DNA of 55,660 bases, filler included, from Candidatus Woesearchaeota archaeon (GTDB taxonomy: Archaea > Nanobdellota > Nanobdellia > Woesearchaeales > GCA-2685855), in the NCBI GenBank assembly GCA_002685855.1. It is 4 parts of 4 records of this genome, joined end to end, with 100 filler letters (N's around TTAATTAATTAA, not from the genome) between each part and the next. Parts side by side here need not be neighbours in the genome. Positions count along the whole stretch, not along the records: positions 47,060 to 55,660 come from NYYS01000066.1; 3 more parts are not named here. One strand, 5' to 3'. The number at the start of each line of letters is the position of its first letter. The first letter of the stretch is position 1. This document shows positions 54,221 to 55,660 of the stretch, piece after piece. Made by a program: the position numbers and the translations under genes. The notes beneath the pieces were generated by a model. The model searched no databases and had not been told where the DNA came from. It worked only from the letters and a program-made list of their open reading frames with translations.

Positions 54221-55660
54221 ATGTCAAAAAGAATACTTATTTCAATCCTATTGCTTACATTCTTACTGTTTTCAGGCTGTGTCAGTCAACAGGTTATAAC
54301 AGGAAACAGTGTTACTTTGCCCGGCTGGATCAACAGTCCTCCAGAAAATGATGGTGAGTATTATTACTTCGGGGGGATGAAGACAAATGCGAATACCCTG
54401 GAATCCGGGTTTGCCGGTGCGGAAGCGAATGCCGCAGGCAAGCTTATGAAAATGCTGCAGGCACGCATTACGGAAGACTATGACAGGCTGCGATCAGAGA
54501 TTGAGCTTCCCAATGACGCAGAAGTTCGTGATACAGGCAGTTATGTTCGCAATCAGGTCAGCAAATATTCATATGAGTTTGACGCAGGTGCGAATACGAT
54601 CAATAAGCATCGGGAAGTAATACAACTGAATTTATGGGGAAGGACAGGTTTCAACTGTTATGTGCTGGTACGATATTCCAGGGATGAGTATCACAGGCTC
54701 AAGAGTAAGGTAATAGGAGTTGATCCTGCTGTCTTAACCGGACTTGAATACCTGGGCCGTAAATCGTGTGAAGAGTGCCTCGATTACTTTTCAGCAGTAG
54801 CTGGGAAAAGGAAGAGAGACGAGCAGGCGCAGTATTACCTGGCACTGGCCAACGACAGATGTGACAGGAAAGTTGAGGCCTATCATGCGTACAAGGCATT
54901 TGTCGCCATGTCTCCGGAGTCTGGGCTTCTCAGGAAAAGGGCTGAAGCACGCATACGTGACCTGGGAGAGGGCGTAATCGAGCAGCTTATTGGAGGTGCA
55001 GATACGCTGGCTGGCAGAGGTGAATTTAAGAAAGCACTTGAGAAACTTGAAGGTGCGTACGCATTGATGCCGTCAGGTGCTGTCTCAGATAAGATAGTTG
55101 ATATGTATACAAGGTATGCCATAAGGAATATTGTTCAGAAATTAGCCCGAAACACAGGATCACTGAAGGAAAAAACAGTTGCTGTGGCTGATATTGAAGA
55201 TCTGACAGAAGAGTTCTGTGATGCATTAACAAATCTGACAGACCTGAAGGTCGTGGAGCGCGTTTTACTGCCGGATTTACTTAAAGAGATGGAAATCGCA
55301 CAAACCGGGATTGTCAGCGAAGAGTCTCAAAAGGAATTGGGCAATATAGTTAATGCGGAAACTATGGTAGCTGGTAGTGTGGGTAATGTAGGATCGTCAT
55401 TTAAAATCTATGCGAAACTCGTACTTGTCGAAAAGGGTGTGATAGTTGCTTCTGAGAGTGCTGATCTCCTGGGTTTTGATATTCCGGATACTGCCGGGGA
55501 TGCCTCATTTCACATAAGCGTCAGGACTGACAGAGACAGTTACAGGCTTGGAGACCGGGCAAGGATCTATCTGATGGCGAACAGGGACTGCTATGTGACA
55601 GTTCTTAATATGAGAAGCAATGGTGAGATAACTAGACTGTTTCCTAATAAATACGACAAA
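54221..55660 (+). CDS. Multidomain lipoprotein (LPP20-like, TPR, CsgG/FlgO-like, start of DUF4384), runs off window end
   Basis: 480 open codons from ATG 54221. Lipobox FSGC; LPGWINSPP; VVERVLLPDLLKEMEIAQTG; TDRDSYRLGD...DCYVTVLN...RLFPN. Absent from the ORF track because it has no stop. Confidence 0.85.
   Translation, partial: MSKRILISILLLTFLLFSGCVSQQVITGNSVTLPGWINSPPENDGEYYYFGGMKTNANTLESGFAGAEANAAGKLMKMLQARITEDYDRLRSEIELPNDAEVRDTGSYVRNQVSKYSYEFDAGANTINKHREVIQLNLWGRTGFNCYVLVRYSRDEYHRLKSKVIGVDPAVLTGLEYLGRKSCEECLDYFSAVAGKRKRDEQAQYYLALANDRCDRKVEAYHAYKAFVAMSPESGLLRKRAEARIRDLGEGVIEQLIGGADTLAGRGEFKKALEKLEGAYALMPSGAVSDKIVDMYTRYAIRNIVQKLARNTGSLKEKTVAVADIEDLTEEFCDALTNLTDLKVVERVLLPDLLKEMEIAQTGIVSEESQKELGNIVNAETMVAGSVGNVGSSFKIYAKLVLVEKGVIVASESADLLGFDIPDTAGDASFHISVRTDRDSYRLGDRARIYLMANRDCYVTVLNMRSNGEITRLFPNKYDK

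Overview
This window is not one continuous locus. It is four contigs joined by 100-nt artificial linkers (N44-TTAATTAATTAA-N44) at 17207-17306, 33848-33947 and 46960-47059. Contigs 1-3 (1-46959) come from an archaeon that looks DPANN (probably Woesearchaeota-like; inference). They carry rpoK, a bacterial-type thrS, rpl1-rplP0-rpl12, dph5, an archaeal pilin, rpl7ae-rps28e-rpl24e-ndk-EF2-EF1a-rps10, sufB, an AsnB-Dph6 fusion and a short histone missed by the ORF track, with an extreme G+T versus A+C strand bias. Contig 4 (47060-55660) looks bacterial: FlgT/LPP20/CsgG-like envelope proteins, DUF4384 proteins, a CHASE2 adenylate cyclase and a DUF1566 remnant. The strongest unexplained signal is in the tRNA genes. 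All six complete tRNA genes contain introns (8 in total, at least 4 at non-canonical D-loop or T-loop sites). Two unrelated tRNAs, Ala-CGC and Lys-CTT, carry homologous 95-nt and 107-nt structured introns at T-loop position 59/60, with a 37/38-nt identical block and compensatory base changes. This is a candidate mobile or functional intron RNA family. Other candidates are a four-gene operon of catalytically degenerate HIT proteins, an HTH-PAS(Cys3) regulator directly upstream of sufB, a duplicated tRNA-Ser 5' end, and an orphan tRNA-Ser 3' end marking the edge of an integrated island. All calls were made by eye from motifs, with no database searches.
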